Shown here: positions 18,653 through 29,018 of the stretch, piece by piece
How positions within the stretch are numbered: the first letter of the stretch is position 1
Layout: each line of letters starts with the position of its first letter
Assembly (NCBI GenBank): GCA_024680795.1
Contig: JAILBR010000043.1
Location: 1 to 61,780 of the forward strand
DNA: 61,780 nt
Direction: 5' to 3'
DNA from: Bacilli bacterium
Lineage (GTDB): Bacteria; Bacillota_I; Bacilli_A; RFN20; CAG-826
Made by a program: the position numbers and the translations under genes
The notes under the pieces: model-generated
Database searches by the model: none
Told to the model about the DNA's origin: nothing
What the model saw: the letters and a program-made list of their open reading frames with translations, nothing else

Positions 18653-19690
18653 AAACCGTCCCGCTGAAGCAGGGGCGAGCCCTGCGACAGTTTCAAGTTA
18701 AGTTCCATTAGGCTGGTGGTGCTTCTTGTCGTCGACTTGTTTTGAACTGATTAGCAAGTCGGTGGCCAGCTTCCTCTAGTTATTAGCTTTGAGGCTGTTT
18801 CCCTTTTTGTCATGACCGGTACTGGATTTACTCCGTCAAACTTTAACGCGGATGCCAGTGAGTGCAAGCACTCAGGGAGGGACGTACCGATGATTGAGGC
18901 TTTCGCTTCAACCCTTTGCTAGTGCAACCATTTAACTGCGGCTCTTTAATCCTCAGAAGTCCACCATCAATTTCATGGACTTGGTTGGCTTACCTAGTCT
19001 TAAGCTCATTAGACCTTTTCTTCGCGATAGATACCAGGAGTTTGCAGCTCTATCGCTATCTCCACACATTAGGTTGAGGAATGTGGATTAGGCTTGCCTT
19101 CTCCTATTGGAAGTTGGCTATTTCTACCTCTTCGATCATGTCCGGCGGTGGTATTACGCTGTTAAGCTATAACTCAGCGACCACTGTAACAGGGAGGCTT
19201 GCCGTTTAGCCACAACTGAATTGTGGACAGGTCCCTTGCGATCATTGACCAGAGGATTTAACTCTGGAGGCCTTACTATCAACGTCGTGTAATGGCTGAT
19301 CGTCTCTTTTAAGGGGCCAAACTCTTTAATGCCTATCTTCGTGGAGTGTTTGGCTTCACTTATTTCGCGCTTTGAGTTGACTTTAACGCGACTTGGCTCT
19401 TCACTAGGTTATTGGCCTCGTGAATTCGTTTTTCAATTCTCCTCTTCGTTCGTGTCGGGCGGTGGTATTACGCTGTTAAGTTCTAACTCAGCAACCACTC
19501 TAGGAGGGAGGAGGGACCCTTGGAAGGCTCCGAGGAGCCGACCTGCCAGTGCAACCTTTAATCCAAGACTTTTTAACCTTGGAACCACTGTGTCAACTTC
19601 GTTAACGCGTAGGTTGTCTTACCTGGTCTTGAGATACAAATAACTATCGTTATTTTTATCTCATCCACTCGGTTTCCCGTGTGGATTAGT
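18625..19690 (-). ncRNA. Large ORF-less ornate ncRNA candidate (~1.06 kb; ROOL/GOLLD-class by size and style, family unassigned)
   Basis: GC roughly 45-50% by eye versus very AT-rich flanks; dense hairpins; internal 59-nt repeat at 53/59 identity; sigma-A promoter and terminator on the minus strand; no credible ORF; no group I/II intron, RNase P, tmRNA or rRNA signatures recognised. Confidence 0.75.
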
Positions 19691-19692
19691 AT

Positions 19693-19721
19693 AGTATGCG
19701 CTTTTTTATTTTTTTCGTCAA
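19693..19721 (-). promoter_or_regulatory. Sigma-A promoter of the large ncRNA
   Basis: TTGACG (19721-19716) - 17 nt - CATACT (19698-19693), with A-rich UP-like region upstream. Confidence 0.6.
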
Positions 19722-19898
19722 TACATTTTTTTAATTTTTTTTACTTTTTTTCAAAATAATAAAGTATATCTCTTTAGAGATATAAAAATTTTAATTTTTT
19801 TAAAAAATATTTTTGTACTTATTTTACTACTATTAATATACGCGCATGCGTATAAATATTTATTTAATATATAGATATATAAAAGAAAAAAGGCTTTT

Positions 19899-21887
19899 TT
19901 ATAATTCAGCCTTCATTTCCATAATAATATCTCTTAATTCGATAGCTCTTTCGAAGTCAAATTCTTTGGCGGCTTGTCGCATTTGTTTCTCTAATTCCTT
20001 AATTCGAGCCTCGATTTCTTTTCTAGAACCATGCTTTGTGATCTTAACCATATCCGCAATTTCATCGTCTGAATTATGGATTGGCGGCCTAATCTCTTTA
20101 ATGATGGTTTGAGGAACAATGCCATTTTCGAAGTTATATTGTTCTTGAATATGCCTTCTTCTATTGGTTTCATCAATTGCGTTACGCATTGAATCGGTAA
20201 CTGTATCTGCGTACATTATTACTAAACCGTTCGCGTTTCTAGCTGCTCTACCGATGACTTGAATTAAACTTCTAGTGCTTCTTAAGAATCCTTCTTTATC
20301 TGCATCTAAAATAGATATTAAAGATACTTCAGGGATGTCTAATCCTTCTCTTAATAAGTTGATACCCACTAAAACATCATATTTACCTTTTCTTAGTTGA
20401 TAAATAATCTCACTTCTTTCCAAAGTTTTGGTCTCATGATGAAGATATATAACCTTAATACCTCTTTGTTTTAAGTATTCTGTAAGGTCTTCCGCCATTT
20501 TGATGGTCAAAGTTACAAGCATAACGCGTTCGTTTTTCTCCACTCTTTTCTTAATCTCAAAAAGAATGTCATCAATTTGACCCATTGTAGGTCTAATTTC
20601 CACTTTAGGATCAAGTAGACCTGTAGGTCTAATAATCTGTTCAGCGATAGGGGCATCGGTTTTATTTAACTCATAATCCCCTGGAGTAGCAGATGTACAA
20701 ATGACTTGTGGCATCAATTCTTCAAACTCATTAAAGTTAAGTGGTCTATTATCTAAAGCACTTGGAAGTCTAAAGCCGTATTCCACAAGTGTTTCTTTTC
20801 TACTTCTATCACCAGCGTACATACCTCTAATCTGTGGGAATGATACGTGCGACTCATCAACAAATAGTAAAAAGTCTTTAGGAAAATAATCGATTAAGCA
20901 AAATGGTCTTTGTCCTGGCTCTCTTTTATCGATATGTCTTGAATAATTCTCAATGCCAGGGCACATTCCAAATTCTTGCATGTTTTCAATATCTTGATTT
21001 GTTCTCATTTCAAGACGTTCGGCTTCAAGAAGTTTTCCTTCTTTTCTAAAGTATTCCAATCTTTCTTCTAACTCAGCACGTATTGTTTCACACGCTTCTT
21101 TGATTCTTTGTCTTGTGGAAGCATGGTCATAGGCTGGAAAAATAGGATACGTATGATATGAGTGTTTAATTTCACCTGTCAAAAGATCAACTTCATATAT
21201 CTTTTCTATCTCATCACCAAAAGTATCAATTCTAATAACTGTATTATCTTCAGCATTAGCAGGAACTATCTCAATGATATCTCCTCTTACTCTAAAGCTT
21301 CCTGGCGGGGTATCGAGATTATTTCTCTTATATTGAGCATCCACTAACGACTTATAGAATTCTTTTCTATCTATTTCTTCTCCAACACGGATTTCAAAAA
21401 CGAGATCACGGTATTCATCTGGATCAATTAAGCCATAGATAGAAGCAACAGAAGCAACGATAATCGTATCTCTTCTTTCAATGACAGAATTAATAGCGGA
21501 TGTTCTGAGCATTTCAATCTCATCGTTCATTACCGCGTTCTTATCAATATATGTGTCGCTTTTTGGAATGTAAGCTTCTGGTTGATAAAAATCGAAGTTA
21601 CTGACAAAATACTCAACACGATTATTTGGAAATAATTCTTTAAACTCAGAATAAAGCTGGCCTGCAAGTGTTTTGTTATGAACCATGATTAAAGCAGGAC
21701 GTTGAACACGCTCGATAATGTTGGCCATAGTAAAGGTTTTTCCAGTACCTGTTGCACCTAATAGCACTTGGAACTTTTTACTAGATTCTATACCCTTTAC
21801 AAGTTGGTCAATTGCGGTGGGTTGATCACCAGTTGGTTTGAATTTAGAAACTAACTCAAATTTATGTGAATTATCGATATTTTTCAT
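19899..21887 (-). CDS. uvrB: Excinuclease ABC subunit B
   Basis: [51 protein letters not shown]-terminal UVR motif. Confidence 0.98.
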   Translation of the reverse strand: MKNIDNSHKFELVSKFKPTGDQPTAIDQLVKGIESSKKFQVLLGATGTGKTFTMANIIERVQRPALIMVHNKTLAGQLYSEFKELFPNNRVEYFVSNFDFYQPEAYIPKSDTYIDKNAVMNDEIEMLRTSAINSVIERRDTIIVASVASIYGLIDPDEYRDLVFEIRVGEEIDRKEFYKSLVDAQYKRNNLDTPPGSFRVRGDIIEIVPANAEDNTVIRIDTFGDEIEKIYEVDLLTGEIKHSYHTYPIFPAYDHASTRQRIKEACETIRAELEERLEYFRKEGKLLEAERLEMRTNQDIENMQEFGMCPGIENYSRHIDKREPGQRPFCLIDYFPKDFLLFVDESHVSFPQIRGMYAGDRSRKETLVEYGFRLPSALDNRPLNFNEFEELMPQVICTSATPGDYELNKTDAPIAEQIIRPTGLLDPKVEIRPTMGQIDDILFEIKKRVEKNERVMLVTLTIKMAEDLTEYLKQRGIKVIYLHHETKTLERSEIIYQLRKGKYDVLVGINLLREGLDIPEVSLISILDADKEGFLRSTRSLIQVIGRAARNANGLVIMYADTVTDSMRNAIDETNRRRHIQEQYNFENGIVPQTIIKEIRPPIHNSDDEIADMVKITKHGSRKEIEARIKELEKQMRQAAKEFDFERAIELRDIIMEMKAEL

Positions 21888-21898
21888 GTAAAAACCTA

Positions 21899-22861
21899 TT
21901 ATTTTTCTTTATTCTGTCTATTTTTCTTAGTTTTTTTATTACTTGCAAAACCTTCTCCATATACCGCATTAGTTTGGGTAAATGTGACAAATGCATTCGG
22001 GTCAACCATAGCGATAAACTCTCTAATTTTGTTATATTGCGTTCTATCAAAAACTACACGTAAAATAATTCTTTCTTCACCTTTATATCCGCCTTCAGCG
22101 TGGATGATTGTTGCACCTCTTTCAAGAACATCTTGAGCGAATTGACTAATCTCTTTCCAGTGTTCAGAAATAATATCAACTTGGTAACTTGTCTGATGTC
22201 TAATATAAATTAAATCAACCAAAATCGCAGTCATGACGCTAGCGAGAATACCGCATAATGCTGGCACCCACATTCGCATTGCAATCATACCAGCAATAAT
22301 AATTGCAACATCGACGACAACACAGCTGATCGATTCTTTAATGTTCAAATACTTTCTTAAAATAACCTGAATAACGTCAACACCACCAGTGGAACCTCCT
22401 CCAATAAATGTGATAGCGACGCCTGTCCCAACAGAGACACCACCAAAAATACCACATAAAATAAGATTTCCTACTTCCGGTTGAGTGTAACCAGTAACAA
22501 CACCACTTTCATAAATAGGTTCAATACCAGCAATTTGGTTAGCGATTTGATCAAACACAGGAACTCTGTTAAATAAGAATGTTGCTAAGATGTATAAAAA
22601 TGATGAATATAAAGTTCTTAATGCAAATATTTTTCCTACAAAGATAAGCCCTAGTAACCATGTGATTACCATTAAACCCGCAACAACATAGTCATAAATG
22701 TTATATGTTACAAAGTGTTGCACAATGATGGCGATGCCAGAGGCTCCGCCAGCAACTAATTCACATTTGGTAAGAAACATAACTGAGCCAAAGGCTAAAA
22801 TAATAGTTCCAACAGAAACCAAAATATAAGCATGTATCTTTCTCAAAGTAACTTTAGACAT
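21899..22861 (-). CDS. YitT family membrane protein (DUF161/DUF2179)
   Basis: [34 protein letters not shown]; start at ATG 22861 overlapping the prfB stop. Confidence 0.9.
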   Translation of the reverse strand: MSKVTLRKIHAYILVSVGTIILAFGSVMFLTKCELVAGGASGIAIIVQHFVTYNIYDYVVAGLMVITWLLGLIFVGKIFALRTLYSSFLYILATFLFNRVPVFDQIANQIAGIEPIYESGVVTGYTQPEVGNLILCGIFGGVSVGTGVAITFIGGGSTGGVDVIQVILRKYLNIKESISCVVVDVAIIIAGMIAMRMWVPALCGILASVMTAILVDLIYIRHQTSYQVDIISEHWKEISQFAQDVLERGATIIHAEGGYKGEERIILRVVFDRTQYNKIREFIAMVDPNAFVTFTQTNAVYGEGFASNKKTKKNRQNKEK

Positions 22862-23958
22862 TGTTTTTTGCCTCCATTTGTAGATATGCATATAAGAAGT
22901 TATCAATCGCACCATTCATTACGGACTCGACATCAACTTCTTCATAATTTGTTCGATTATCTTTCACTAATGTGTATGGACAAAAAACATAGGAACGAAT
23001 TTGACTGCCCCATTCAATATTCTTCTTTTCACCAACAATAGAATTAAGAGCATTGTTTCTTTTTTCTAATTCAAGTAAATATAATTTGCTTTTTAACATA
23101 TTCATAGCTAGTTCTTTATTAGATAGTTGACTTCTTTCCACTTGGCAAGAAACCACAATTCCAGTTGGTAAGTGTGTAATTCTAACAGCGGTTTCAACTT
23201 TATTAACATTTTGACCGCCAGCACCCCCACTACGATATGTATCAACTTTTAAATCTGCATCATTAATTTCAATATTTATTGAATTATTTAGGAATTCAGG
23301 GATGACATTAACCGAAGCAAAAGATGTGTGTCTTCTCTTATTCGCATCAAAAGGAGATATTCTCACTAAACGATGAACACCTTTTTCGCCCTTCAATAGG
23401 CCATAGGCATTCTTTCCAATGATTTTAAATGTAACTGATTTAATACCAGCTTCTTCACCTGGTTCAAAAGAGATGAGCTGCATCTTAAAACGATGGGTTT
23501 CAGCATATAAAACATACATTCTATAAAGCATATCCGCCCAATCTTGAGCTTCAGTGCCCCCTGCACCTGGATGTATCTCTAAAATAGCGTTCAAAGAATC
23601 AAACTCACCAGAAAATAGTCTTTGTGTCTCAAATTCTTTAGTTTCAGCTTTTAATTCATTCAATGATTCTTCAATTGAATCAAAAATAGATTCATCTTCA
23701 AGAGATAAAAGTTCATCTAAATCGTTATATGTAGAAAGTAGGTGGCGATAAGTATCCACCATGTTTCTTTTATAATTCAATTCAGCAATAACTTCTAAGG
23801 CAGCAGCCTGGTCATTCCAAAAATCAGGGCTCTCGCTTTTAGCAGTTAATATTTCTACTTCTTTATCTAATTTTTCGAGGTCAAAGAGAAGACCCGAGTT
23901 GACGGATTCTCTCGCCAACAGCACCAAGTTCTTGTCTTAAGCTAACTAGGTCTTTCAT
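22854..23958 (-). CDS. prfB: Peptide chain release factor 2 (programmed +1 frameshift)
   Basis: ATG 23958, 25 codons to CTT TGA C (23886-23880), then +1 frame; [13 protein letters not shown] anticodon motif, GGQ. Confidence 0.97.
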
Positions 23959-23963
23959 CTAAA

Positions 23964-26369
23964 TTATTCCTCTTTTTTAGGCTCTTCTTTAGCTGGAGCA
24001 GCATTAACAGGTTCTTTATTTGTAGGTTGAGCAGCTGGTTGTTCTTGTCTTTCTATTTTAACGTTAACTAAGTTCAAAACAGCGTCAACACTAGCGATAT
24101 CTAAGCACTCTCTAAACATTGAGTAGCCTTCATTAACATAATCTTGAAGTGGGTTAACATTTGCGTAGCTTCTTAGGAAAATACCTTCTCTTAATCTAGC
24201 CATCGCATCAATATGTTTTGTCCAGTTTTGGTCAATACATCTTAAGATATAACTTCTTTCAACTTGAGTAGCAATTTCTTCTGGCCACTCTGCGCGTTTT
24301 TCTTGATAGTAGTCGTAAATCCATTCACCCATTTCGGTTCCAACATCATCAACATCTGCTTCATCATATAAGGAAGCGTTGATTGATCCTTCAGGTAAGA
24401 ATCTTGGTTCGACTTCTTTGACTAAAAGTTCACCAGAAACACTCTTATCTTCTGAACCTTGTGGAACAGCTTTCTTAGCTAAGAAATGACCAGTTGTCTT
24501 AAAGATTTCATCAATAATATCATCGATATTCTTACCTTCAATAATACGATCACGTTTATCGTAAACAATTTGTCTTTGCTTCGCTAAGACGTCATCGTAA
24601 TCAAGTAATGATTTACGAGTATCAAAGTTTTGACCTTCGATACGTTTTTGAGCACTGGTAATAACATTGGTGACCATTTTTGCTTCTAATGCCTCATCAC
24701 CAAAGTTCTTTTCAATAAAGTCTCTCATTTTGTCGGCAGCGAATCTCACTAAAAGTGTGTCATCAAAAGAGACATAGAATCTAGAGAATCCTGGGTCGCC
24801 TTGACGTCCACTACGACCACGTAATTGGTTATCAATACGTCTTGATTCGTGTCTTTCAGTTCCGAAAACACATAAGCCGCCTAATGCTCTGACTTCGTCA
24901 TCAATCTTAATATCAGTACCACGGCCTGCCATGTTGGTAGCAAGGGTGATATGTCCTTTTTTACCAGCTTCTTTAATGATTTCAGCTTCACGTGCGTGGT
25001 TTTTCGCGTTTAACATTTCGTGTGGAAGTCCTGCTTGTGTTAATAAAGCAGAAATTTCTTCAGAAGATTCAACTGAGACAGTACCAATTAAGATTGGTTG
25101 TCCTTTTTCGTGTCTTTCTTTAACTTCTTTAATTAAAGCAGCGAGTTTTGGTCCTTTATGCGCATATACGTAATCGATTGCGTCAATACGTTGCACTGGT
25201 CTATTTGGTGGAACACAAACAACACGCATGTTATAAATCTTTCTAAATTCTTCTTCTTCAGTTTTTGCGGTACCAGTCATACCTGCCATCTTTTTATATA
25301 AACGGAAGAAGTTTTGATATGTAATAGTAGCCATTGTGATGGTTTCTTGTTTGATTTCAACGTTTTCTTTAGCCTGAACAGCTTGGTGTAAACCATCTGA
25401 CCATTCTCTACCTGGAAGAACACGGCCTGTGAATTGGTCAATAATTTGAACCTGTCCTTCGGCATCCACTAAATAGTCAACATCTCTAATCATGATATAG
25501 TTTGCTCTTAGAGCATTACTAATTCTATGAACTAAATCTGCATATTGTGGATCATATAAGTTTTTAATGCCAAACATCTTATCTGCTTTGGCATTACCTT
25601 CATCAGTTAAGTTGATGGTCTTTTCTTTTACGTCAATGACGTAATCTCTATCTTTCTTTAGGGTTTTAACAAATCTATCCGCTACTGTATATTGAGAAGC
25701 ACTTGCTCTAGCACCACCAGAAATAATAAGTGGGGTCCTAGATTCATCAATTAAAATTGAGTCAGCTTCATCGATAATACAGAAGTTTAATCCTCTTAAG
25801 ACACGGCCCTTCATATCAACTGCCATATTGTCTCTTAAGTAGTCAAAACCTAATTCAGAGTTTGTGGTATATGTAATATCGCATAAATATGCTTCCTTTT
25901 TCTCGCTTGTGGTCTTGGCTCTTAAGTTAATACCAACTGTTAAACCTAAGAATCTATAGATTTGTCCCATCCAGTTCGCGTCACGTTCTGATAAGTATTC
26001 GTTAACAGTAATAACGTGAACACCTTTGCCACCAAGAGCGTTTAAATAAACTGCCATTGTGGCTGTTAATGTTTTACCTTCACCAGTTTTCATTTCAGCG
26101 ACATCGCCATCATGTAAAACTAATGATCCAATAACTTGAACCTTATAAGGGAATTCGTTTAATGTTCTTCTCGCAGCTTCTCTTGCAACCGCAAAAGCTT
26201 CTACTTTGATATCGTCTAATGTTTCGCCTTTAGCAAGTCTTTCTTTAAAATATGGCGTCTTGGCTCTTAATTCGTCATCACTTAGAGCCTTCATTGATTC
26301 TTCTAACGCTAAGACCTTGTCGGCAATTTTGCTATATTTTCTTATAGCCATCTTGTCAAAAAATCCCAT
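23964..26369 (-). CDS. secA: Preprotein translocase subunit SecA
   Basis: AEMKTGEGKT, TVNEYL, DEADSILIDE, ATNMAGRGTDI, NQLRGRSGRQGDPG; lacks SEC-C zinc tail. Confidence 0.98.
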   Translation of the reverse strand: MGFFDKMAIRKYSKIADKVLALEESMKALSDDELRAKTPYFKERLAKGETLDDIKVEAFAVAREAARRTLNEFPYKVQVIGSLVLHDGDVAEMKTGEGKTLTATMAVYLNALGGKGVHVITVNEYLSERDANWMGQIYRFLGLTVGINLRAKTTSEKKEAYLCDITYTTNSELGFDYLRDNMAVDMKGRVLRGLNFCIIDEADSILIDESRTPLIISGGARASASQYTVADRFVKTLKKDRDYVIDVKEKTINLTDEGNAKADKMFGIKNLYDPQYADLVHRISNALRANYIMIRDVDYLVDAEGQVQIIDQFTGRVLPGREWSDGLHQAVQAKENVEIKQETITMATITYQNFFRLYKKMAGMTGTAKTEEEEFRKIYNMRVVCVPPNRPVQRIDAIDYVYAHKGPKLAALIKEVKERHEKGQPILIGTVSVESSEEISALLTQAGLPHEMLNAKNHAREAEIIKEAGKKGHITLATNMAGRGTDIKIDDEVRALGGLCVFGTERHESRRIDNQLRGRSGRQGDPGFSRFYVSFDDTLLVRFAADKMRDFIEKNFGDEALEAKMVTNVITSAQKRIEGQNFDTRKSLLDYDDVLAKQRQIVYDKRDRIIEGKNIDDIIDEIFKTTGHFLAKKAVPQGSEDKSVSGELLVKEVEPRFLPEGSINASLYDEADVDDVGTEMGEWIYDYYQEKRAEWPEEIATQVERSYILRCIDQNWTKHIDAMARLREGIFLRSYANVNPLQDYVNEGYSMFRECLDIASVDAVLNLVNVKIERQEQPAAQPTNKEPVNAAPAKEEPKKEE

Positions 26370-26473
26370 GATACATTCCTCCTTCTAATTCTTTAAACTT
26401 TAAAAAATTGGACGTTCGCTAATTAATATACCATTTATGTATTAGTATTTGCTAATACAAAATAGCTAATATT

Positions 26474-27118
26474 CTATTTATTTTTATGTAAAACATTCTT
26501 TGCTATAACTAATACCTCTATTTTCTTTGGTTTTCCTGTCATAACTAAGTTAATAGCAGCGTTCATACTAGAACCAGTTGTATAGACATCATCAACTATT
26601 AAAATTTTCTTGTTATTTACAGCGTCTAGATCAGTAATTGTGAAGTTTTTTTGAGATGATATTCTTTGCTTTCTGGTCTGTTTAGCCTGCTTATGATTTT
26701 CTACTTTTTTCAGGATGTTCAGCACAGGAAGATTTAACCCACTATAAATCTCAACAACATGATTGAATCCTCTCTTCTTATCATCTAATTCAAATGAGGG
26801 AACCGGAACTATGTAATATCCTCTATATTTGATTCTTAAAAACCATAAGTATCTCGCTAAAAACACATCCTTAAGTTCAATGTCATAACATCCCTTAAAC
26901 TTAAATAATAGCTCTTTTATCGTTTGATCATACTCATATATCGCCATGCCTTTGATGTCTCTAACATGAAAATGTATAAATCGTGGATTAAACTTAGAAA
27001 AGCACTCTTCACATAATACATTCTCTCCGTCAATTAAGTTATGAAATGAGTTATCTTTAATCTCTTGGAAGCATATCTTGCAATGCTTTATTGGACTTGA
27101 TAATACTAGCACGTGCAT
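26474..27118 (-). CDS. comFC: ComF family (ComFC) phosphoribosyltransferase-like competence protein
   Basis: CKIC...CEEC zinc finger, RGFNHV, ILIVDDVYTTGSS. Confidence 0.9.
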   Translation of the reverse strand: MHVLVLSSPIKHCKICFQEIKDNSFHNLIDGENVLCEECFSKFNPRFIHFHVRDIKGMAIYEYDQTIKELLFKFKGCYDIELKDVFLARYLWFLRIKYRGYYIVPVPSFELDDKKRGFNHVVEIYSGLNLPVLNILKKVENHKQAKQTRKQRISSQKNFTITDLDAVNNKKILIVDDVYTTGSSMNAAINLVMTGKPKKIEVLVIAKNVLHKNK

Positions 27119-28220
27119 CCTCCATTTCTTTGGTTATTTTTTTAGCAATAAAGACCACATCACCGTGTGGATCATCTATCTTTCTTCCTGCTCTTCCAGC
27201 TATCTGAACGAGTGTACCTTTATCGTATATTTTGTTGTCTGAATTAAAGACAATGACATCAGACTCTTTTATGGTTACTCCTCGCTCTAAAACCGAAGTT
27301 GTTACTAAAAATTTCCATGTTTTGCACCTAAATTCATGAATTACGCTATTTCTTCCATCTCTTTTCGAATGAACGTAATTGCCATGTTTAAATAGCATTG
27401 ATAGAATTTTATATAGCGATTCACATTCGCTAATTGTTGGAGTAAAAACAAAAGCTTGTCTATTTCTTCTTAATATATTTTTAAGCGTAATATATAGATG
27501 ATAGTATCTTGATATCAAATGGCCTATTTTAAAAATCGGGACCGGTAATGGATGTCCATGAAATCTTGTGTTTAGTGACAAGATATCTTTTCCAGCTTGT
27601 TTAAATAAATTAATCACTTCCTCACTTGGTGTTGCAGACATTAAAATATAGTGCCCATTTAAAGAATTAAAGAAAATGTTTTTCAACACTTCATTATCTT
27701 TGAAAGGGAAAGCATCTATTTCATCTAGCACAATTAGGGCAAAATATTTTTTGTATCGATATAATTGGTGTGTGGTTAAAACAACAAGGTCTGCTTCTAC
27801 TTCATCATGGTGCCCACCATAGACAGATATTACAGTGTTTTTAATGAATATTTCTTTTAACCTATTTGTTAGTTCTATAACAACATCTCTTCTAGGTACT
27901 GCGAATGCCACTTTGTCGCCACAATTAATCGCGTATTTAATAACATTTAGCGATATTTCTGTTTTGCCAGATCCACACACGGCAAAAACTAAACTATCTA
28001 TGCCTTTCTTATAGTTCTCAACTAACTTATTCGATAATTCTTTTTGCTCTGGAGATAATTCATACTCGAGATGAATAGGCGCTTTTTTAGGGTATGAAGG
28101 TTTATGTTCTACTTCTTCGCCTCGAAAAGAGATACACCTACGACAATAGGGTTTACCGTTGAGATATCCTATAGAATGTATATCAGTATTACCACATATT
28201 GGGCATTTATAAGTTTCTAT
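27057..28220 (-). CDS. comFA: Competence DEAD/DEAH helicase ComFA
   Basis: CPICG...CRRC, AVCGSGKTE, DEIDAFP, MSATP, TTSVLERGVT, QIAGRAGR; start appears to be ATA at 28220 behind an AAGGAG RBS. Confidence 0.9.
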   Translation of the reverse strand: METYKCPICGNTDIHSIGYLNGKPYCRRCISFRGEEVEHKPSYPKKAPIHLEYELSPEQKELSNKLVENYKKGIDSLVFAVCGSGKTEISLNVIKYAINCGDKVAFAVPRRDVVIELTNRLKEIFIKNTVISVYGGHHDEVEADLVVLTTHQLYRYKKYFALIVLDEIDAFPFKDNEVLKNIFFNSLNGHYILMSATPSEEVINLFKQAGKDILSLNTRFHGHPLPVPIFKIGHLISRYYHLYITLKNILRRNRQAFVFTPTISECESLYKILSMLFKHGNYVHSKRDGRNSVIHEFRCKTWKFLVTTSVLERGVTIKESDVIVFNSDNKIYDKGTLVQIAGRAGRKIDDPHGDVVFIAKKITKEMEDARASIIKSNKALQDMLPRD

Positions 28221-28296
28221 ATTGCAACATCTCCTTTCTTTTGATTTAATATTTGTAGTGAGCAAGCACATAGGGGCTGTAAAAGGCGCGTGTAGC

Positions 28297-28656
28297 TCAT
28301 TTTTTCTTTTGTATCTTTTTTACCTTTTTTCTGTCATCTTTATGCACTCTAAATTGTTCATAAGGATAAGGGTGTTTAAAATTCTCATACTTAACTATTT
28401 GTGGCTGCGTAATCACAAAGCTTTTTGCACCTGTGTTTTCTAATGCTGGATCAATTTGATGCAGTAATAATTCTCTATGCCTACCATCGGAATCAGTAAA
28501 ACGAACAATCCAATACTTATTTTTCTTAGTGTTCTTTTTGTATAACCTTGAATAATGCCCACCACTTGAATCCATTATTCTATAGAATTTGCCTTTAATA
28601 AGAGGCTTTTTAAATCTTCTTTCATATGTTGATTTACGCTTTTTCTTTTTACTCAT
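28297..28656 (-). CDS. Small basic protein, PemK/MazF-like fold suspected (paralog A)
   Basis: AAGGAGG RBS; 119 aa; homologous to 29019-29342 (FY...D..GGH...LYKK..KKN.Y..V.FT.S.G...L.H.I.P...SFV..P). Confidence 0.75.
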   Translation of the reverse strand: MSKKKKRKSTYERRFKKPLIKGKFYRIMDSSGGHYSRLYKKNTKKNKYWIVRFTDSDGRHRELLLHQIDPALENTGAKSFVITQPQIVKYENFKHPYPYEQFRVHKDDRKKVKKIQKKK

Positions 28657-28671
28657 ATTTCCTCCTTTATG

Positions 28672-28944
28672 TTATGGATTTGTTGTCTTCGGGGATCCGC
28701 ATACGGCAAAAACCAAGCTATCAATACATTTCTTATAGTTTTCAACAAGTTTATTTGATAGTTTTTTTTGCTCAGGAGAGAGTTCATATTCTAGGTGAAT
28801 AGGCGCTTTCTTGGGATAAGAAGGTTTGTGTTCAAATTCTTCACCTTTAAAAGAAATGCATTTTCGGCAATATTGTTTGCCATTCAGCATTCCGATTGAA
28901 TGGATATCTGTGTTACCACAAATAGGACATTTATAAGTTTCTAT
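28672..28944 (-). pseudogene. comFA: Truncated alternative 5' copy of comFA (84 aa homologous, breaks at Walker A)
   Basis: 77/84 aa identical to the full copy with many synonymous differences; AVCGS|PKTTNP* instead of AVCGS|GKTE. Confidence 0.9.
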
Positions 28945-29018
28945 ATTGCATTGCCTCCTTTATTTTGGTTTAATATATCTAGTGATTCGCAGGTGAGATC
29001 CATTGTTGGTCTGGTGAA

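Larger units (their letters stand above)
27970..28980 (-). repeat. Diverged direct repeat (~285 bp, period ~724 bp) covering comFA RBS and first 84 codons
   Basis: Copies ~27970-28255 and ~28694-28980; homology ends abruptly at GGATC in the Walker A codons. Confidence 0.85.

Noticed and set aside
19127-19499. CRISPR array suggested by the 59-nt repeats
   Set aside because: Only two copies 314 bp apart, too long, no spacers of regular length and no cas genes
19329-19643. 104-aa plus-strand ORF in the track
   Set aside because: No RBS, atypical Ser/Arg/Leu-rich composition, lies antisense within the structured RNA and crosses a repeat module; probably a by-product of higher GC
18625-19690. 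Group II or group I intron, RNase P, tmRNA or rRNA fragment as identity of the GC-rich region
   Set aside because: No GUGYG 5' end with domain V (AGC/CGC triad hairpin) and AY end, no interrupted host gene, no GAGGAAAGUCC, no tRNA-like ends or tag ORF, no rRNA motif recognised
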